DNA of 64,000 nucleotides from Lingula anatina (taxonomy: Eukaryota > Animalia > Brachiopoda), in contig CM120648.1 in assembly GCA_051362555.1 (NCBI GenBank), positions 7,002,587-7,066,586 of the forward strand. Direction: 5' to 3'. Within the stretch, counting starts at the first letter, position 1. Every line of letters begins with the position of its first letter. A program made the position numbers and the translations under genes. A model generated the notes under the pieces. The model saw nothing but the letters and a program-made list of their open reading frames with translations. It ran no database searches and was not told the DNA's origin. Below are positions 12,180 to 25,772 of the stretch, piece by piece.

Positions 12180-15100
12180 TGAAATTGATAGGAGGAGAAG
12201 CTAGAGGGAGACAACCAGTACATGTGCCAGCAGTGCGGCTCCAAACAGAATGCAACAAGGAAGATCAGCCTGAGGTCCCTGCCCCCAGTGCTGAACTTAC
12301 AGCTGCTTAGGTTTGTCTTTGACAGGTAAGAATACCTGCAGCGCCTCAGGTGTGTCTTTGACAGGTAATACATGCAGCTCCTCATCTGTGTCTTTGACAG
12401 GTAAGAATTCAGTCCATTTGATATATTATCAGGTATGTCTTTGACAGGTAAGAATACAGATCATTTGATATATTTTTTTCAGGACAACAGGACACAAGAA
12501 GAAACTGAACACATACATCCAGTTCCCAGAGATATTAGACATGAGCAAGTACATAGAGCTGCCAGGTATGGTATTACACTGGTGAGATGGTAGTGCTATT
12601 TCAGATTTAAGTTAATGTGCAGTTATATAGGCCATTATAAGGATGCATTTAGACCCTGTTAGTACTAAATTGTACTATTTCTTTACAAAGTCTATATAAG
12701 GAACACTGTTCAGTATTCCAAAGGCCCTTTTCACTTCAAGAGGTACAGCTTCCTATACTACGTCTGTACACACTGGTCCTAATGTGTTATTACGGTATGC
12801 TACAGCTGTTTTCTCCTTTTCACAAGCCCCAATGAAACTTAATGTGGTTAACCAGTTGTGTTGATTACAGGGAATCTTTTAAGGTGACTCTTCTGTAATA
12901 GCAAAGCTACTAAGTAGTCTATCTCTCAATCTGGGGCTGTATACAAAACTAAAGCTCGATTCGAAAAGCAGGGGTGGATTTAGGCCCTCTTCTGGGTCTT
13001 CCGGAAGATGGTCAGATTTTCAAGTTTACATTGACAGGTATCTAATTTTTTTTCTGTCAGAAGACGGTCAAAATGAGGATGGATCAACAAAGATAATTTG
13101 GAAGAAAATAGCTCTGGATCCGCCCCTGAAAAGGGCTTTAATTTACTAATTCAGAGAACAGTGTACAGTACAGTACAGCATGATCTGTGTGCAGTGTCAA
13201 TACACAATGCCTACAGTGGTAAATATGTAAACATATTATATATATTCATACACTGATTTAAACTAACTTACTGTTTCAGAGCACAGTGTCCAGTATGATC
13301 TGTGTGCAGTGTTAATACATAGAGGCCCCAGTGCCTACAGTGGCCACTACATAGCACACATTCAGGACAGAAGCAGGGGCACCTGGCACAAGTTCAATGA
13401 TGAGGAGATTGAGAAGATGGGAGGAAAGAAACTGCAGCTGGGAAATGAGGATGAGATCCCAGGTAAAACTGGAAAAGGACTGAGAGTTAACAGACCTCTG
13501 CCAAAATAGTTCACAATGCAGACATGCTGAAACTTTAGTCCAATCGGTCATGACCGGCAAAATTTGTCTGGACCGGTAAAAAATTGGACTTGGTCCAAAG
13601 GACCGACAAGAGTTTTAAGAGCCGAAATTTTGAATCTACAGTCATCATTCAACATACTTCACTAATAAAATTATATCAGAGCCAAAGCTTTTTTCCTTCC
13701 ATTTCAAACCTATTACAATCACAAACAAAGTAAGTTACCCTGATAATACTGGTACTATCTTGTTCAAACGAATAGGGTGATTTTCGGTCCGGCAAATTTT
13801 TCATTGCTGCCGGTCCAAATGTCCGACCATTTTGAATAGTTTTCAGCTTGTCTGCTCATTATTAGTAATGATTGATCAGTGGATCACCAATAAAATCATT
13901 TCTGGCCCATCTTGAAAATCCTATTAAACTCCATCAGTAACTTTTTGAAGTATGTTGTTTTTTTTTTGACAAGCCAACAAAGGAAAATACAACTTTCTTG
14001 GTGAAGGTAGTTATGCTGTTAGTGAGTATGTAAATGAATAAATAACTAACCAAGCAAACTACAGAATAGAAAGATAAATGATAAGTAATTTCTTTAATTT
14101 AAAATCTGATTAATTGATTGACCCATTTAAATGTAACCTAGATGCTGGTAGTAAGGGGCCAGCCAAACCCAAGGCAGCCAAAGGATACCATGCCTCCAGA
14201 AATGCTTATATGCTGGTGTATCGGAGGAGAAACATGGATGGTAGTGACAGGGAAAAACCTGAAGGTTAGTGTATGACTTCTTGTACAGCCTGGCTTCTTG
14301 TGAAAGAATACTTTTTCTCTAGTGTCACCAGGTAACAAGGTTCATTTATTTATTTATCTATTTATTTATTTAATTATTTATTGAACTATTTATAAATTAA
14401 GCTGTTTATTTATTGATTAAGTAATTGAATTGAATGATTTATCAATTTGTTGCTAAATTTTTATTTATTTATTCATGTTTTTTTTCATTTAATATTTATT
14501 CATTTAATACTTATTTAGTATTTATTTATTTGTTTAATATATATTTCAGCAGGTGCAGATATCCAGATGCCGGCCTGGCTGGAAGGATGTGTGCGTAGAG
14601 ACAATGCCAAGTTTGAGGATTGGGTCCAGGACATGACAGTGATGAGGGTAACTGGCCACATTGTGCCATATGGAAGCAAGGCTTTCCCCAGGGAACAGTT
14701 TGGTTGTCATTTGGACGGCCATTGGCCTCCAAAGACAGCCTATATTTTCAAAAATTGCTAAACGGTTTATGAACTTATTGGGAAATGATGGTATACTTGT
14801 AGTTGAACTCCCTGTAAAGTTTTGACTAAGTTACAGATTACCATTTTGTACTCCCTCTACCCCAAATCCTGGGGAAAGCCCTGTATGGAAGTGGCATATC
14901 AGGGCTCGACACTAATGACTGTCCGACTGTCTTGGACAGGCAAAAGTTAAGTTTGGACAGGTGAAGTTAAAGGGTGGGCTGTCTGATGGACAGGTCATGC
15001 TTTTTGAGTATTTTGGGAAGGACAGGTGGTCTTAAAAGCTAGTGTCGAGCCATGCATATCATTTTTTTTCTACTAAAGTTTGAACGATTTAAGATGGGTT

Positions 15101-16830
15101 AATTTAAAGGTATTTAAAGGTTATCAAATGTGCATTCATTTAACCATTGTCACAAAAAAAAAAAAAAGAAAGAAAAGAAAAGTAAAATTGTCCTGCATTG
15201 ATATTGAATACTTATAATTGTAGGATAAAAATGTAGCCATGGGTCGGGCCAGACACCAGGAGATTTTGACTTTATATGACAAGATGCAAGTAAAAGAAGG
15301 TATGGTAGAGTATTTTGGGTGAAGGAAATTTTATATTAAACTTGTTGCAAGACTCTTAAGACTTGTGAATTAAGTGATTAATAAAAATGATATACACTTT
15401 GGGCATGTTGTTTAGTAACTTGTACAGGCTTTAAAGATATTCTGGATAACATTTCTGTTGTTAGCTTACAATTATTTTTTATTCAGATAGTGTTAATTGA
15501 AAACAAAGTAGTCAGACAAAAAGGTTAAGTGCAATTGTCTTAAATAATTTATAGACTCCTTGAGTTGAAGGAATGATTGAAACGAGTTTGGTTAAGTATG
15601 TGAAACTCAACATATTCAATTAATAAGTAAAATGAATTCTTTTTTCTTCTTCTTTTTCAAACCAACATACCATCAGAACACTAAGAGATAATCATGATCA
15701 GATTTGTTTGGCTTTGATGTGTATTGAGCTACATTCCATTAATTTTGATATGAATTTATGTGAGAGACATGATAGTGAACCATCATTCATCCAGGTGCAG
15801 ACTTTGAGTGGATTGAGACGGCTTGGGTGTCAAAATGGCTCCAAGATGACCTCCAACCCCCAGCAGTAGATAATTCAACATTGCTGTGTTCACATGGAAG
15901 GTAAAGGAATGTGTTCTTATATCTCAACTATCACATTTATTGATTTATTCATTTTTTGCCCATTTGATATTTTAATTAAGTACCACATGTGCCGGTCAAA
16001 TATGTTTGGGAACATTGATTTATTTCTTATTTTGAAAGATTTGCCAGTAGGATATTGTAGTGGTTTATGATAATATTACCACCATATCATATTTTTATTA
16101 TTTTGTCCACAGAATCAATCCAGACAAAGTACCACAGATGAAGTGTATAAGTGTGGAGGCAGTAAGTGATTTCTTTACTGTCAGATTGCTAGCATACAAG
16201 CAGAATTTCCATCATAGAAAGTTGAAGTCTGTATTATGGATTTCATTTGACGTTAAAGATTTTTTTTCCAAGCAAATTTCCAAGTTCATCATTACCTTTA
16301 AACTTTATGAAAATTACTAGTCGTCTTGCAGTTTTATTTTCTAGAATGTGAATTTTCAGTGAGGCACACAGAAAGATATCTTATTTGTATATATTTTCAG
16401 GCAGAGACAATCTATGCCAAATACAAAGGGAGCCCAAGACTGAAAAGGTAGATTTTATTGTGTTTGTGATTGAAAGGTCCAACTTCATTGCATAAAAAAT
16501 TTATTCAGGAAAGCACTTACAAGTGAAACCTGGAAGTACTATTGTAATTAAAATAAAGGTTATTACCTATTAATTAATTGATTATCTATTTATTTGCTAT
16601 TACCAGCAGTCAGATGTGTCTAGACTGTGTCAAGGAGCGGTGTCGAGTAATAAGGACAAAGACGAGAATGACTGAGGACAACAAGTACATCACAGCTTTA
16701 CTGAAAAATAAAGTGCAAGTGGACGGGTATGTGCACCATGGCAGAGGTGGAGACTGGCCTATTGCTGACATCATTCTGATTTTCACAATTTGTTAGATTT
16801 TTGTGAAATATTAATTAATTCTACAATTTG

Positions 16831-16889
<59 letters not shown>

Positions 16890-19800
16890 TTTTTCTTGAC
16901 AGTAATTTCTTTATATTTCCTGAAACTTAAGCATTAGGTAAGGCTGTTAAGTTCAGTGGTTCTGTCAAGGGGTTAGGGGGAAGGATGGGGGGAGGGAGGC
17001 TCTGTTTAGGTGAGTCTCTTACCTAATAGCCAAGCTGTAAAGCTGTTGGTCTCTTAAAGTGGTCCTGTCCAGTTAGATGTTCCTCTCAATTTATAAAAGG
17101 CCCCCCCCCCAAGTCTGATGCCATGTTTTAGACATAAACCCATTTTGCCTTATGTCTGAATACCTATTTCTTACTTTAGACCAGGCAGCTATTGGGTGGG
17201 CAAAGCTTCCCTGAGAAGTTGGAAACGCCTCGTGCTGGAGGATCTGGAATCCAGTCTTTTAAAAAATGGTGCTAGCAGCTTGAACGATGAAAACCAAGAT
17301 GAACAAATTTCCTTAAGTAAGTGAAAATGTTCCCTTGTAAGTAACGTATAAAATGACAGAAATAGAAAAAGGTTTGAAGATGTGAAATTGAAGCCTTTCA
17401 AAATGGGATCAGTGCAGAGTTATTAGATTTTGTTGGTTGCCTTTTAATAATTAATTAATTTTTCAATTAATCAGTAATGAGAATTAAGCTGCCTTGGTGG
17501 AGGTCTGTGCTTTCTGGGTGATTTTCTAATGAAGCGTATGTTCTGTAGGTGGTAAATGTGAGAGAGACTCTATGGATGGTGATGGTCCTGATACGGTTGG
17601 ATTCTCCTTCAACGAAGATGCTCTATGTGAAGCACATGGTATGTTTTTTACCAATGAGAAATTTTCTAAACACAAGCAGTGAAAAATTTTATGCTTTGTT
17701 GAATTGCAGCCTCCAAGACTTTCTAAAATTGATAGATAAAAGAGTTAGATATATGCCACCCTTAATTTGCCTGTGGTTGGCTGTAAGTTAATGTGTTAAC
17801 CTTATTTATGTTTTGTTTGTGTGCATATAACAATGTTTGGGTTGCAATCATATTTGTTGTATTTTTGTAGGTAATCTGAGTACAGATGATGCGTGTAGGC
17901 GGTTGGTTTCGTCAGATATTTGGACGAGATTGAAGGTCTATTTTCCCCATGCACCAGAGTTTATATACGGCACAGAACCCTGTGTAACGTGCATGGTGGG
18001 TTACTACTTATTGAAGTAAAATTTAAGATTTTTATCCTTAATTTTTTGGAGCCTGAAGTCAACACAACTGAATTTTCTTTGAATCCTCAACAGTTTTCTC
18101 ACTATCAAATTATTATGTTTTAGAATCGGGTTAGCCTTATGAATTTATGTTTTTCAGGTGCCTTTTTACTTAGAAGTATAATTATGGAAACCTGGTAAAA
18201 AGGGCACCTCTATTTTATTTTCTATAAGTTTGTTGTCTTCAAATTATATAGAATAATAATTATACCTGAAATTTGAAATGTTTTAGCAAATCCAGAGGGA
18301 AGTCCAGGAGGCTCAGAGATTGAACAAGACTCTTGCAATGACCCAGCGCAATGCACTCTCTGACCTGTTCCATTCTCGCAATCGTCCTGCCTGGAAGATG
18401 GGACTGTCGGCGCTGAACATTGTTAACAGAGGGTTCCTGGAGCAGTGGACAAAGTTTATCAGGTAAATGTTATGGACTATATTGTTACTTGTGTGTAAAT
18501 GTTATGGATTGTATCTTTACTTGTGTGTTAATGCTATGGACTGTATCTTTACTTGTGTTTAAATACTATGGATTTTGTCTTTTTTTTGTGTATTTTTTTT
18601 TTCCTTTATATTTTGCCCTGCGCCTCAAATGTAATGAAATTTCTTTGTAGGAATTTATCTATTTAAATTTTCTTTTAATTTAAGCTGAACTTAAAGACCA
18701 AAAAAGCTCCAATTAAATTATTCACCAACAAGTTCAAAAATACATTATTAAACTTGTTGAGAAGCAACTCTGCTATATTTTAAACATCCTCTTTGTTACT
18801 TCTGATCACATTTTGTTTTTGTTAGAGATCCTCTGAGGTTTGACACAGTCCCTGCGATTCAAAACAGCCTCCTTCTCTGTCCACATGGAGGCTTCATGTT
18901 CCAGCCACACCTGATAGAGGACAAGACTGACATGTAAGTATGGATCAGTAGCTCAGTGACATTTGATAGAGGACAAGACTGACATGTAAGTATAGATCAG
19001 TAGCTCAGTGACATTTGATAGAAGACGTGATAATAACATTATTAATCCATTATAAAGGCTATGCCCTGCTGTTTCAGACTATCCTTGGTGTGGCCTCAGG
19101 AATGGGAAATCTTGAAGAAAGCCTTTGATGTGGATGTGGAGATTCAGTTTTTGTCTGTCAAGCAAGAAGAGAGCGGGAAAGTTTCCTTTTCTACAGTACC
19201 AGGTAACTCGCACCTGCTGTATCCGGTCAAGTGATCATATTATGTGCACCTTATTCTGTTCATTACATTATTCTCAACTTGTTCAAATTTAATAAGGAAT
19301 AAATGATTCAGTCAGTAAACTCCTTGATTTCTGTCCCCTGTCTCTCTTAAAAAGAAGTCTCTTCCCCCCACCCCCCACTCCCCAGTGACTTGCACTCGGT
19401 AGGTAAACTCCTTGATTTCTGTCCCCAAACCTGGCTGTCTCTTAAAAAGAAGTTTCTCTTTCCCCAGAGACCTGCACTGACTGCTGCCAGGCACGCGTCC
19501 AGCAAGAGCAACAAGAAAGACAGCAGTACAGAGACGCCAAGATATTTGTCCGGAAAATTACGCCAGACTTTAAGAACGGAGCTGCCAGCTCAGCAGAAAA
19601 CTCTGACAGGGATGACCCTGAATTTATGCAGGTATTCTGTAAGCTTTTGTAAGGTGCATTCTCACTGAAGTTGAGCCCATATTACTTAGTACTCTCCTTC
19701 TGAGTAGACTTTATGATGAAAGTTTCTATTTTAAACATGAAAAAATATAAATATTTCAATGGCACACAACTTGTATCAGTTACAATGACAGTAGTTGGAA

Positions 19801-21675
19801 AAACCGTGATTAGATTGGCTTACTTAAGTGAGCTAATCATGATTTAGACGCATATTAAACAGTTTTACTTTATGATGGCAGCCAGCTGGACAACAGAAAG
19901 ATTAGGTGAGGTAATCATAATTAGACATAAGATAATTATGAAAACCCATTTCAGTGGCACACAACTACCATCGGTTACAATTAAAGTGGAAGGGACAGTA
20001 GAATAATGAGATTGTTCTATGGTGAACTAATCATAATGAGACAGTTTAACATTATGGTGGGTGGTGCAACACTGGGATTGGACTGGCTTAATATGGAGTG
20101 CTAATCATAATTATAATTAGACTGTCTGTACATAATAAACATTGTGTCCTGGTAAATTATTTTCATTATTTGCTAGGCAAATGGAGGGAAAAGAAAGAAG
20201 TCAGAGGCATTGACAATAGCCCCTGAGAAGTTACAGAAGCTTGACTCTTGCCAATTGCGAAGAAGTGGTAGACATAGGAAAGTGCGAGGGGAGAAAGATT
20301 TCATAATATCCTCTGATAACAGTCTCAGAGATCTGAAATTACAGGTACGTAGCAATTTCACAAAAGATTTCAAATTGAATAACAAAATAGAAATGACTTT
20401 ACATGTAAACTTTGAGTTCAGCGATGTATAAATAACTTTAATGAGATTGCATGAGTGAAAACCATGGTAACCCTTAGCAAAAAGCAGGCTTGCTGCAATA
20501 TTTCTGCAAACTGCAGTTCCTTCTTGCAATTTTGCTGCAATATGGCTGCAAATTAGCAGCAGCAAAATTTTTCTTGCGAACCTCTTGCCACATACTGTAC
20601 TTTTCATTTTGATAAGGGAACACAGGCAGGCCAACATATTAACAGAATCTCCCCTTGAACAGGTGTCCCCTGAATCAAAGCTTGATCTGATAGATTCTAT
20701 GCCATTTTTCAAGTTAGGTCAACTACACATGCAAGATGGTAAGAAGGTCCACTTTTCCATAAATAGACCCCCCCCCCCCCCTTTTGAACTTCCTAGCTAC
20801 AAACCTGACATGCTTTCTATTTGTGTATATTTTCTTGTTATCATTTCAGATAATGAGGCAGTTCTCGGTGGCTCCATTTGACCAGCACCTTATGCTTGGT
20901 GGTCAGCACTTAACAGATGACCATGCTAAACTGGGCAGTTTGAATATTTTTCCTGGAGATATCCTGTACCTGAAGGTTGATGAGCCCACGGAGGAAGCCC
21001 TGATGATGGATGACCTTGCCAGAGGTGGGTCGTGATGATGATGATGATGACGATGTATCCATAGTGTATCAAACAAGATTTATATTTATAATGGTGGTAA
21101 AGGTATAAAATCTTGTGAAGAGAATGACATACTATTTAGATCTTAAAGCCCAGTAAGAAATGATGATAGGCTTTCAAATGGACTAACTGTAGTGTATTCC
21201 TCTTGTATGAAATGCACGCCATGTACATTTGTGATGGGGAGGTCACAAGAGAATGTTGGAGGGTGGTAAAATTAAAGATGGTCCTTACTTCAATATATAA
21301 TACTTACTGGCATACTTACAAGCATACATAACACTTATCTTTGAAGACAGTGCAGTTGGAGACTCCAGATGAAATTAATACTTTTAGGGGAAACATAATA
21401 TAATATAATAGATTGTTTGACAAAATAACATGATATAAAAGGAGAGCAAATTTTTAAGAAATGGAGATAAAGAATAACATTTGGACTGTACCAGTCTACC
21501 TCTGTCCTGATAGGTTGCTTTGGTAACTAAGCAAACTTTGTAGACATAATGTTATATTCTAGCTGCCTGTCCAGAGCAAACTGTGTACACATCATTTTAT
21601 TTCTGCTATATTCTAGCTGCCTACCCAGAGCAGGGTTTCAAGGGAACTGGGCTTCATGGAAGTATGCAACAGTGA
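9393..21675 (+). CDS. USP48: Ubiquitin carboxyl-terminal hydrolase 48 (USP domain, DUSP-like region, C-terminal UBL), 26 coding exons
   Basis: Recognised motifs: [19 protein letters not shown]-terminus, RNCKGNPNC, Cys box [20 protein letters not shown], His box [26 protein letters not shown]-terminal [10 protein letters not shown]. Exons: 9393-9526, 9902-10022, 10222-10354, 10597-11092, 11360-11542, 11761-11869, 12192-12325, 12483-12565, 13280-13462, 14142-14264, ~14550-14647, 15224-15299, 15795-15900, 16113-16161, 16401-16447, 16607-16726, 17180-17316, 17549-17638, 17871-17995, 18287-18462, 18826-18933, 19078-19202, 19468-19631, 20177-20344, 20850-21024, 21617-21675. All phases are compatible. 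Confidence 0.96.
12969..13128. mobile_element. ~160-bp MITE (CAGGGG(C/T)GGAT...ATCCGCCCCTG) in a USP48 intron
   Basis: Terminal inverted repeats with flanking AAAAG duplication. A closely similar copy lies at 24832-25000. Confidence 0.8.
13519..13855. mobile_element. Probable MITE, CAG...CTG termini
   Basis: CAGACATGCTGAAAC at the left and TTTCAGCTTGTCTG at the right form imperfect inverted repeats, with GGACCG/CGGTCC subterminal motifs. No clear TSD. Confidence 0.55.
14677..14883. mobile_element. hAT-type MITE, 207 bp
   Basis: TIR CAAGGCTTTCCCCA / TGGGGAAAGCCCTG. Exact 8-bp TSD TATGGAAG at 14669-14676 and 14884-14891. Confidence 0.85.
14900..15054. mobile_element. MITE with 5-bp TSD
   Basis: TIR CAGGGCTCGACACTA / TAGTGTCGAGCCATG, with CATAT on both sides. 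Confidence 0.8.
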
Positions 21676-21704
21676 TAACATCAGACACCATAGGAAATGC
21701 ACCA

Positions 21705-21990
21705 TGTGGTGCCATGACAGATCGAACCTTGTGGTACCATGACAGATTGTATCAATGGTACCATGACAAATTGCACCAGGTGGTACCATAACAAGTTAAC
21801 CAAGTTGTATCCTGCCAAATTACGACTTGGGGGTGCCATGACAGTCTGCACCAAGTGGTGCCATGACAGATTGCACCAAGTGGTACCATTACAGTCTGCA
21901 CCAAGTGGTACCATTACAGTCTGCACCAAGTGGTACCATTACAGATTGTGCCAAGTGGTACCATGAGAATTGTGCCATGATAATGGTACC
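21705..21990. repeat. 25-bp minisatellite in the USP48 3' UTR (~10 copies, GTGGTACCATTACAGTCTGCACCAA)
   Basis: TGGTACC recurs at 21881, 21906, 21931 and 21956, with more diverged copies upstream. Confidence 0.85.
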
Positions 21991-22390
21991 CTGCTTTGCC
22001 ATGACCGTGGCACCCTTTGGTACTCTGGTTCATAACAAATGCGCCTCAGTACTAAGGTTTAAAGACACCTTGCATGGCAACTATCATGAGCCACAAGCAG
22101 GCTGTTTGTGGAACTTATTTTCTAGAGCTAGTGGTTACAGAAATCAGTAGTTATTATCATTGAGAATTCACAGTATCTTCTCTCACTTGGAATAATTTAG
22201 TAAACATAGATTGTATTTGTAGCCTGTGGTTTATCTTGCTTGCGAGTGACATCGATGTACAGATACCAACATATACTTAAAGTGATAGGGTCATTGCATG
22301 GCTGTGGCCATACTCCCTTTTAATAGGCAGTTGATTACAAGTTGACGGAAGATACGCCATGATCTGACACTTGCACAGCTGCAGTAAATG

Positions 22391-22629
22391 GCCCTTGCCA
22401 CATCAAGCGGTGCATTTTTTATTACAACAGTTTGCTGACTACATTTAATTATGCTATCAGAATGCTTTTTTTACTCCCTTTCACAAGCTCCAGTGTATGA
22501 AATGGCTCAACGCGCATAAAAACTTGATCCATTTAAGTGATTCTCCTATCTAAAAGCCATACTATTCATTTGTTTATCGCTCGAACTGGAGATGCGCAGA
22601 AAACTGTAATGCTCGATGTGGAAAGGGCC
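22391..22629. mobile_element. Probable PIF/Harbinger-like MITE
   Basis: GGCCCTTGCCACATCAAGC and GCTCGATGTGGAAAGGGCC form imperfect inverted termini. A related left end is at ~12723. Confidence 0.5.
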
Positions 22630-24795
22630 TAATTGTGTCATTGTAGCAATGTGTATTACACCAAAAATCAAACGTCTTCAAAACAAAGGTACTGTGCTGT
22701 AAGTGCTACCTATGCTTCATCAAAAATTCTGTCATTTTTTTTTAAGACAGCATGCTGTTATGAACAAAGCTGAGAACAAGAGACGTTCTTGTTTGTTGTA
22801 ACTGTTTTTTTTTTTTTTTTTTTTTTTTAACATTGGGAACCCTGGGAAGTGAGGGCAGCCACATGAGTGTCTCAGAAAATTCTGTTATCATTATTTTAGT
22901 CTGGTCATGAAAGCAACAAAAGTAAGTTGTTACTGCCAGTGTAATTAGTTCATATGATCGTAACTGAACATGTACATCAAATCCAAGTCTTTTTATTATT
23001 TTTTTTTTATTATTATTTTTTATTACATAGATATTTCAGTATGTATATAAACTGGCATGTTAAAAAATTACTTGAGTAATTATGATATAAAAGGTAATCT
23101 CTCTCAAGGATTTGATGGTTCTTGAGAAAAATTATTGCTTTTACAGTGTATAGCAAGACTGATGACATACAGCTACGAACAATCAATAAATGTATCATTG
23201 TAATATGTGTTCCTGCGTCAGAAGTCCTGAGTTTTATAGATATGTATTCAGATTTGTTAACCGTGTTCATATTGGGTTGAATTGAATTGATAACATCCAA
23301 AAATTTTATCTTTATGTGCAATGCACGAGAATATTCTCTTCATTATTTTGCTCGAAGTAAATTGACTTGAGGGGAATAACTCAGCAAAATAGTTTTAAAA
23401 AACCGGTGCTTATTATAATCATCGCCATCAGACTTGTCATTATTTTTTGTAATCACAAAAGTTAAAGGTACATACAAACCGAGCATCGGTGGAGCGTGGA
23501 TTCCCTGTAACCAAGGAGTTATAACAGTAATAACTCCTTGCTGTAACACATATGAACCACTTCTACTATTTTTTATACGACTCAAATAAATTCGACATGC
23601 AGAGCGATAAACTGAATAGATCACTCAATCAGCCGTAAAAGAGCTGCTCCTTTAATGTTTTTGGTCAGAAATTTAACCTACTTTCATGACCTACTTTTCT
23701 GCCCCATTGACATACAGCATAGAATGCTAGCAGAAAAATCCCTTCAAACATTAAAATTAAACAATGCATTTTGGTAATTCTCTTAGTTATACTATTTGAA
23801 ACTAAATACTGGCATTTGGTTGGCTTTTGTAGAAAGAAACTGACTTTATATGCATCTTAATCGGTACATTTACACTTAATTAGCCGATTAAGTCAACTTC
23901 AACTTGATTGTGTTGAGGAGGCAAAAAGTGAAAAAACGGACTATCCAGAGTTTTTTCTAATTTTTCATTAGTGCCTACCACCTTTTTCACCATGACCTGC
24001 TTGCGCAGTAATATAGAATCTTTGGGAGATGTAATACAGAATAAGAGAAAAAATACCCCCCTCCCTTTTTTTTAAATTTTCACAATGCTTATCGCCACCT
24101 TCTATCAACTACAAGCCCCCAAAGTACCAGCCTTGTTTGGAGTACGTTAGCTTTATTCTGGGTTCATCCAGTTTAAAGCACTTTATATAATAACAGCTTT
24201 GCCATTTAACATGCATGTTATTTGAAATTATATGAAAATATACAATAACAATTTCTACCTTCATGTATGTCGCGTTTATTTAAACGCGTAAGATTATACA
24301 GTTATGAAATCTGATAGCGAAAGCATATATTTATCATTATGCAAGGAACAAGATTTGGCGTGGGGAATCCTGTAATACAGTCAGCTAAGGTTAAAAGTGT
24401 ACAGTAACGTACAGTAAGGTAATATTAGGTAATCGTTTCCACGCCCACCAAATGACGTTCACATGGCTATCAGAAACGCACATCTAAAATCGTGCCTCTC
24501 TTTCTCTCTACTCCCACGGCCGAGCTGGGTTTATTGAGATTTAAACGGAACGCACTCGTTCATTATAACGTCTACATACTCAATTACGACAGCGCAGTAA
24601 CACGCACATAGGACATGCGACGAACGCACACCCCGAGTTCAAGATGGTTCTATCTCAGTTTTCCTACGATGCTGATCAATTCGAATGCAGTTGTTTCAGT
24701 AAGGAACTCTTTGACCCTTAAATTAATCAAATGACTAAAAATTGGTCATTTTAAGTTCATGATAAAATTAGTCTATTTCAGTTCACTTCACAATA

Positions 24796-25251
24796 CAGGG
24801 GTGGATTCAGGATTATTTGAAGGGGGGGTGGCAGGGGCGGATTTAGGCCGTCTTCTGGGTCTTCCGGAAGACGGTCAGATTTTCAAGTTTACATTGACGG
24901 GTATCTATTTTTTTCTGTCGGAAGACGGTCAAAAATTGGAAGTTGGCTCAACAAAGATAATTTGGAAGACTGTCAGAAAATATCTCTGGATCCGCCCCTG
25001 GGTGGGTCCGCAGATGCGAAGCCGACCCTCCCTCCCCCCCCCCCCCCTTTGGCGTGGGGTTCGGGGCTTGCTAAAGGGCCCCGAGAAATTTTGGTATTTT
25101 AAAGGTCAAACGGTGCCATTTGATTCAGCTGATCAAAATTTCAATTTCAAGATGGGACCATTGGTGGGATTTTTTCAGAAATCGAAGGGGATGGGGTCAG
25201 GATTCCCCTGCGCCCCCCCCCCCCCCCCCCCCCCCCCCAAATTCGCCACTG
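24796..25251. mobile_element. GGCGGATC-family MITE carrying a nested MITE (24832-25000)
   Basis: The outer element resembles uninterrupted copies at 58966-59180 and 59202-59477. The inner copy matches 12969-13128 and is flanked by a GGTGG duplication. Confidence 0.8.
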
Positions 25252-25504
25252 CAAAAGGCCACTTTAATGAAGTATTGGCTTAAGATTACCGGTGTCTTTT
25301 TTTTTTTTTTTTTTTTTTTTTTTGTATCAGGCGCACGAGTAAAATTCTATTTGATTGGTCAACTACTCATTTTTCTTGAGTTGGATTTAAGACAAATTTC
25401 TGGTTAATAGTTGCTTTGCGAAACAGGTTCTACGAACACTGAGGAGCGTCCAAAACCGGGAAGGAACAATTTTTGAAATTCAGGGTACAGGTGCAGCGCT
25501 TACA

Positions 25505-25598
25505 CATAAATACCACCACGAATTGCTGTCGCCATCACTGCTATTTTTGTCGGCTGTCCGCGCATAATATCAAACGAATTTTGGGAGTTCTTGAGAAG
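25505..25598 (+). promoter_or_regulatory. TATA-like box, initiator and short non-coding first exon of the Gln/Gly-repeat gene
   Basis: CATAAATA at 25505-25512 and TCACT initiator-like sequence ~30 nt downstream. Donor GAAG/GTGAAT at 25598; acceptor CCAG immediately before ATG 25773. Confidence 0.5.
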
Positions 25599-25772
25599 GT
25601 GAATTAAATTGGAATTTCTGTTTTAACGGTAAGATGAAAGATGTAATGGCAATTTTAGTACAGGTTTTATTATTCATAAAATTTTAACGGGTTAATATAT
25701 TTTGTCCTCTTTTTTGTGCTCTCGTCCTGGCTTTTCACAGTAATTTTCATTTGAATATTTATTTTCTACCAG

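Noticed and set aside
20173-20712. 179-aa minus-strand ORF
   Set aside because: Antisense to a USP48 exon and an intronic repeat fragment; no recognisable domain.
21681-22150. Short Cys/Trp/His-rich ORFs
   Set aside because: Translations of the 25-bp 3' UTR minisatellite.
24759-25407. 174-aa and 95-aa ORFs
   Set aside because: They lie over nested MITEs and poly-C/poly-T tracts.
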